The notes under the pieces are model-generated. The model had not been told where the DNA came from and did no database searches. It was given only the letters and a program-made list of their open reading frames with translations. A program made the position numbers and the translations under genes. A stretch of DNA of 63,519 bases, counting the filler, from Candidatus Desantisbacteria bacterium CG1_02_49_89 (GTDB lineage: Bacteria > Desantisbacteria > UBA1551), in the NCBI GenBank assembly GCA_001871075.1. It is 3 parts of 3 records of this genome, joined end to end, with 100 filler letters (N's around TTAATTAATTAA, not from the genome) between each part and the next. Parts side by side here need not be neighbours in the genome. Positions count along the whole stretch, not along the records: positions 46,910 to 63,519 come from MNUP01000004.1; 2 more parts are not named here. The stretch is one strand, 5' to 3'. Positions 59,146-63,519 of the stretch are shown here, in pieces; the stretch's first letter is position 1; every line of letters starts with the position of its first letter.

Positions 59146-59982
59146 ATGAGGATAGATCCGAAGGTCTCCCAGAGAATTATGGTAACGGTCCTGAGCCTTG
59201 CCACGGGTTTAGCCCTGGTTATATTATTTTTTATTATCATTTTTATACTGAGCAAGGGGATTCCGGTGCTTAACTGGAAATTCCTTTCAACCTTTCCTTC
59301 AAAAATGGGCAAGGCCGGGGGGATCCTGCCCACCATAGCCGGGACGTTCATCCTGACCCTTGTCGCGTTAGTGTTCGCGGTCCCGCTGGGCGTGGGAGCC
59401 GCAATATATCTTGCGGAATACATCCGGGAAGGGAAAACCACAAAAATCGTCAGGTTCGGAGCGGATTGCCTTGCCGGGATACCGTCTATCATTTTTGGGC
59501 TGTTCGGGTTCATATTGTTTGTTGTTATCCTCAAAATGGGATGGTCGATCCTGTCAGGCGGGCTGACCCTTGCTTTTATGGTCCTTCCGACGATCATCAG
59601 GACAAGCGAGGAGGCGGTCAAATCCGTTCCTTATTCCTGGCGGGAGGTAAGCCTGTCACTGGGAGCGACGAAGTGGGAGACCATAAGGAAGGTTGTGCTG
59701 CCGAATGCCGTTCCCGGGATCCTGACCGGCATCATACTCAGCGTGGGCAGGAGCATCGGGGAGACCGCGGCCATAATTTTCACCGCGGGCTCATCCCTGA
59801 GACTGCCAACTTCTCTGTTCGATTCCGTGCGCACGATGTCCGTGCATTTCTATATACTCTCCCGCGAAGGCATTTCGATGAAAAACGCGTACGGCACAGC
59901 CGCGGTGCTCGTGATCCTTATACTCGCGATAAACCTTGCCGCTTACTGGATATTGCACAGGTTTACAAAGAGAAACACATAA
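59146..59982 (+). CDS. pstA: Phosphate ABC transporter permease
   Basis: AIYLAEY, AGIPSIIFGLFG, GRSIGETAA. Confidence 0.95.
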   Translation: MRIDPKVSQRIMVTVLSLATGLALVILFFIIIFILSKGIPVLNWKFLSTFPSKMGKAGGILPTIAGTFILTLVALVFAVPLGVGAAIYLAEYIREGKTTKIVRFGADCLAGIPSIIFGLFGFILFVVILKMGWSILSGGLTLAFMVLPTIIRTSEEAVKSVPYSWREVSLSLGATKWETIRKVVLPNAVPGILTGIILSVGRSIGETAAIIFTAGSSLRLPTSLFDSVRTMSVHFYILSREGISMKNAYGTAAVLVILILAINLAAYWILHRFTKRNT

Positions 59983-60030
59983 ATAGGACCACAAGATTCC
60001 ACGAGATTCGCACGCGATACAGCCCTTGTT

Positions 60031-60120
60031 GTCATTGCGAACGATAGTGAAGCTCCGAAGGAGTCCCTTTGGGACAATCCGGCTTTTAGATTGCTTCGTC
60101 GTTCCACTCCTCGCAAAGAC
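60031..60120. repeat. GTCATTGCGA palindromic element with a 22-nt double-hairpin insert (60054-60075)
   Basis: GAAGC|TCCGAAGGAGTCCCTTTGGGAC|AATC splits the GAAGCAATC motif, which is intact at 49267-49275. Confidence 0.85.
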
Positions 60121-60167
60121 AAAAGAACAACCTTCTGGTGAAAATCTGTGTAATCTATGCGAATGAA

Positions 60168-60920
60168 ATGAGCAAAATCAGCGTGAAAAAACTTGACATA
60201 TTCTTCGGCAAGACACACGCGCTCAAGAACGTCACCCTGGACGTAAGCGCAAACAAAGTTCTTGCGGCCATAGGCCCGGCCGGAAGCGGAAAAACGACAT
60301 TCCTCAGGAGCCTTAACCGCCTCAACGACCTGAACCCGGATATGCGCTATACGGGAAAGATACTTCTTGATGGGAAAAATATATACGATGAAGATGTTAA
60401 TCCCGTTGAACTGCGAAGGAAGGTGGGGATGATCTTCGCTCTGCCTATTCCCCTGCCTATGAGCATCTGTGAGAATATCACTTACGGCCCGAAACTTGCG
60501 GGCACAAAAAACAGAGCGGAGCTCCGGGAACTTGTGGAAAAAAGCCTTGAAGATTCCTTCCTCTGGGATGAAGTGAAAGACAGGCTTGACGACCCCGCGA
60601 TGAAACTGTCAGGAGGGCAGCAGCAGCGGCTGTGCATAGCCCGGACCCTTGCGCTTAAACCTGATGTGATACTTATGGACGAGCCCTGCTCCGGGCTTGA
60701 TCCGATCTCCACAGCCAAAATTGAAGAGGCAATGACTGCGTTAAAAAAGGAATACACGATAATAATCGTCACAAATAACACCAAGCAGGCCGCAAGGGTC
60801 GGCGACAACACGGCGTTTTTCCTTATGGGCGAGCTCATCGAATACGGTGAAACTGGGAAGATGTTCACCGCGCCAAATGATAAAAGGACCGAGGAATATA
60901 TATCAGGCCGCTTCGGATAA
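60168..60920 (+). CDS. pstB: Phosphate ABC ATPase, copy 1 (degenerate Q-loop and H-switch)
   Basis: GPAGSGKTT, LSGGQQQRLC, MDEP; FALP instead of FQ; VTNN instead of VTHN. Confidence 0.92.
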   Translation: MSKISVKKLDIFFGKTHALKNVTLDVSANKVLAAIGPAGSGKTTFLRSLNRLNDLNPDMRYTGKILLDGKNIYDEDVNPVELRRKVGMIFALPIPLPMSICENITYGPKLAGTKNRAELRELVEKSLEDSFLWDEVKDRLDDPAMKLSGGQQQRLCIARTLALKPDVILMDEPCSGLDPISTAKIEEAMTALKKEYTIIIVTNNTKQAARVGDNTAFFLMGELIEYGETGKMFTAPNDKRTEEYISGRFG

Positions 60921-61010
60921 AATAAGATTACGGTGATTTTATACTGATGATTACGGTGATTAAAAAATAATCACTGTAATCTCTTTTAAAATCACTGGAA
61001 TCAGGAAGTA

Positions 61011-61766
61011 ATGATGAATGCGATAGAAGTTAAAAATCTATCTTTGCACTACGGCAGCTTCCAGGCGCTGAAAAACGTAAACGTCCAGTTCCAGGAAAAG
61101 ATGATTACCGCTCTCATCGGCCCTTCGGGATGCGGGAAGTCCACCCTTTTGCGCTGCCTGAACAGGATGAACGACCTTATAGAGGGCGTAAAAATAACCG
61201 GCGTGGTGAACTTCCGGGACATAAACATATATGCCCCCGGCACTGATGTAGTAGAGCTGCGCAGGCATGTCGGGATGGTGTTCCAGCGCCCCAACCCCTT
61301 TCCCCTATCCGTGTTTGATAACGTGGCTTACGGGTTGCGCGTCCACCAGGAGATGAAGAAAATACAGCTTTCCGCGATTGTGGAACGCAGCCTTCAGGCA
61401 ACCGGACTGTGGGACGACCTGAAAGACAAACTTAGCGAAACAGCCACAGAGCTGCCGCTCTACCAGCAGCAGCTACTCTGCATTACAAGGCTGATCGCGA
61501 TCGAACCTAAGGTGATCCTCATGGACGAGCCCTGCTCTGCCCTTGACCCCATAGCCACCGCGAAGATAGAGGAACTGATGCTTGAACTTAAGAAGAAGTA
61601 TACCATAGTGATTGTCACGCACAACATGCAGCAGGCCGCAAGGGTGTCGGACTACTCCGGCTTTATGCTGATGGGCGAGCTCATAGAATTCAACAAGACA
61701 GGCAGGATATTCACAAATCCTGACGATAAAAGGACCCAGGACTACATAACAGGCCGTTTCGGCTAG
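61011..61766 (+). CDS. pstB: Phosphate ABC ATPase, copy 2 (degenerate signature motif)
   Basis: [29 protein letters not shown] instead of LSGGQ. Confidence 0.92.
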   Translation: MMNAIEVKNLSLHYGSFQALKNVNVQFQEKMITALIGPSGCGKSTLLRCLNRMNDLIEGVKITGVVNFRDINIYAPGTDVVELRRHVGMVFQRPNPFPLSVFDNVAYGLRVHQEMKKIQLSAIVERSLQATGLWDDLKDKLSETATELPLYQQQLLCITRLIAIEPKVILMDEPCSALDPIATAKIEELMLELKKKYTIVIVTHNMQQAARVSDYSGFMLMGELIEFNKTGRIFTNPDDKRTQDYITGRFG

Positions 61767-61814
61767 GGGACTGTCCCATTTACGGGCCGAAGGCCGTAGA
61801 ATGGGACTGTCCCC
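61766..61814. repeat. REP-like element with two GGGACTGTCCC motifs
   Basis: GGGGACTGTCCC ATTTACGG GCCGAAGGC CGTAGAAT GGGACTGTCCCC. Confidence 0.75.
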
Positions 61815-61832
61815 ACTAAACTGGAGGTTAAT

Positions 61833-62504
61833 ATGGAACGCCACTTTGACGAGGAACTAAAGGAACTTAAGAACAGGCTCCTGTACGCGGCAGGACTCGC
61901 TGAAACGATGATCTCGGACTCTGTAAAAGCTCTTACCGAGCGCAGGGGTGTGATCATTGACGAGGTTAATAAGAAAGAAGATGAGCTGAACCTGCTTGAG
62001 ATAGAGATAGACGACAGGGCGATAAAAATGATGGCCCTGCACCAGCCGGCAGCGGTTGACCTGAGGTTCCTTGTTTCAGCGCTCAAGATCAACACCGAGA
62101 TCGAGCGCATGGGAGACATGGCAATAAATATCTGCGACGCTGCCAGAGAACTTTTAAAACAGCCACCGCTTAAGCCCCTGATAGACATACCCAGGATGGC
62201 GCAGATTACCGGTCAGATGATCAAAGACAGCCTTGATGCGTTCGTCAGGCAGGACGCGGAACTCGCCAAATCAGTCTGCAAAAGGGATGATGAAGTGGAT
62301 GACCTGAAAGACCAGATCTTCAGGGAGCTCCTGACATATATGATGTCTGACCCCAACACGATAGAAAGAGCCATGGACCTGATCCTGGTCTCCCGCCATC
62401 TTGAGCGCATAGCGGACCACACCACGAACATAGGCGAGGAAGTCATCTTCATGGTCCAGGGCAAGGACATCAGGCACCACATAGAAGAGAAGAAACAGAA
62501 TTAA
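61833..62504 (+). CDS. phoU: Phosphate signalling protein PhoU
   Basis: QPAAVDLR, IERMGD, DDEVD, LERIADH. Confidence 0.96.
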   Translation: MERHFDEELKELKNRLLYAAGLAETMISDSVKALTERRGVIIDEVNKKEDELNLLEIEIDDRAIKMMALHQPAAVDLRFLVSALKINTEIERMGDMAINICDAARELLKQPPLKPLIDIPRMAQITGQMIKDSLDAFVRQDAELAKSVCKRDDEVDDLKDQIFRELLTYMMSDPNTIERAMDLILVSRHLERIADHTTNIGEEVIFMVQGKDIRHHIEEKKQN

Positions 62505-62517
62505 AGCGAGGTGTAAA

Positions 62518-63360
62518 ATGAAAGAGGAAAAAATAAAGAAAGTGATAAGAGAGGGCTATGGCAGGATAGCGAAGGGAAAAAGCACCTGCTGCGGGCCGAA
62601 AAAATCCTGCTGCGAAGGCGGTTCCATAGCCGAGATTGTCAGTAAAAACATAGGGTACACCGACGAGGAACTCGGTTCGGTCCCTGAAGGCGCAAACCTG
62701 GGCCTGGGCTGCGGAAACCCCACAGCGCTTGCGTCCTTAAAGGAAGGTGAAACCGTCGTTGACCTCGGCTCAGGCGCCGGGCTTGACTGTTTCCTCGCAG
62801 CGGACAAGGTCGGCGCGAAAGACCGGGTCATAGGCATAGATATGACGCCTGAAATGGTCAAGAAAGCCAGGGAAAACGCAGGAAAAGGCAGATACGCGAA
62901 CGTGGAATTCAGGCTGGGCGAGATAGAGAAACTGCCGGTTGACAGCAATTCCGTTGACGTTATCATTTCCAACTGCGTGATCAACCTTTCTCCGGACAAG
63001 CTAAAAGTCTTCGCAGAAGCGTTCAGGGTCTTAAAGCCCGGCGGAAGGCTGATGGTCTCGGACATCGTTTTATTAAAAGAACTTCCGGACCTGATCAAAA
63101 AGTCTGTGGCGGCATACGTCGGCTGCCTCGCGGGCGCGATGATGAAGGAAGACTACATTGAAGCGGTAAGGGGCGCGGGCTTTAAGGAAGTAAAAATATC
63201 GGGCGAGGCGGCTTTCCCGGTTGAGGACATAATCAGCGACCCGGTGGCGCAGGCGATCATCAAGACGATCAGGATGCCAGAGGAAAAAATAAAGGAATTC
63301 GCGAGCTCTGTCGTGAGCATAAAGATTTCGGCAATAAAGGGGACGGGTTCATTTAAATAA
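62518..63360 (+). CDS. arsM: Arsenite methyltransferase
   Basis: CC pairs, LGLGCGNP, DLGSGAGLD, ISNCVINL, GCLAGA. Confidence 0.92.
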   Translation: MKEEKIKKVIREGYGRIAKGKSTCCGPKKSCCEGGSIAEIVSKNIGYTDEELGSVPEGANLGLGCGNPTALASLKEGETVVDLGSGAGLDCFLAADKVGAKDRVIGIDMTPEMVKKARENAGKGRYANVEFRLGEIEKLPVDSNSVDVIISNCVINLSPDKLKVFAEAFRVLKPGGRLMVSDIVLLKELPDLIKKSVAAYVGCLAGAMMKEDYIEAVRGAGFKEVKISGEAAFPVEDIISDPVAQAIIKTIRMPEEKIKEFASSVVSIKISAIKGTGSFK

Positions 63361-63377
63361 ATGAACCCGTCCCCTTT
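63336..63377. repeat. Perfect 20-bp inverted repeat overlapping the arsM stop (REP-like, possible terminator)
   Basis: AAAGGGGACGGGTTCATTTA-AA-TAAATGAACCCGTCCCCTTT. Confidence 0.8.
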
Positions 63378-63519
63378 TAACAAAAGGCGCTTATCCCCTA
63401 TAGTCCTAATATTAAACCGGGACTAACATGGGGGACTTTACTTTTTGCGCATGAAAAACATGTCCGAAACATGCACATAAAAAATGCATATAAAAAACTT
63501 GACAAAAAGAGATTATTAT

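Overview
Draft-genome (MAG-like) bacterial sequence built from three pieces joined by two artificial 100-nt spacers (44 N + TTAATTAATTAA + 44 N at 24289-24388 and 46810-46909), plus a scaffold gap at 25432-25459. Adjacency across the spacers is not biological. Gene content is mostly housekeeping for a diderm bacterium. Piece 1 (all minus strand): mltG, CsgG-like, argJBDFGH, tRNA-Gly, tRNA-Cys, GIY-YIG nuclease, HU, hisG, rsmD, tgt, an atypical purF paralogue, a partial Tad pilus locus and two DUF4258/DUF2283 pairs. Piece 2: an HsdM fragment, a surface/PorV-like cluster, ppiC-surA-pdxA-rsmA, a ManC/ManB fusion, V-ATPase C and F, cvpA, an M16 peptidase pair, larB and an internally deleted dtd. 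Piece 3: GH38 mannosidase, hisH, hisF, guaA, pyrG, purF, GAF-ANTAR, pstSCABB-phoU and arsM. The main unexplained signal is non-coding. Most intergenic gaps hold recurring families of 7-, 8- and 9-nt tandem arrays, often as inverted arms. Recurring 20-55 nt GC-rich hairpin modules are inserted into these arrays, sometimes nested three deep. The same modules occur in frame inside hisF (about 60 extra aa), the mannosidase and several signal peptides. Two scars look like insertion with target regeneration: a displaced 5' half of tRNA-Cys beside a GIY-YIG nuclease gene, and a displaced, fully synonymous copy of the last 18 codons of the PorV-like gene. All calls come from reading the sequence; no database searches were run.
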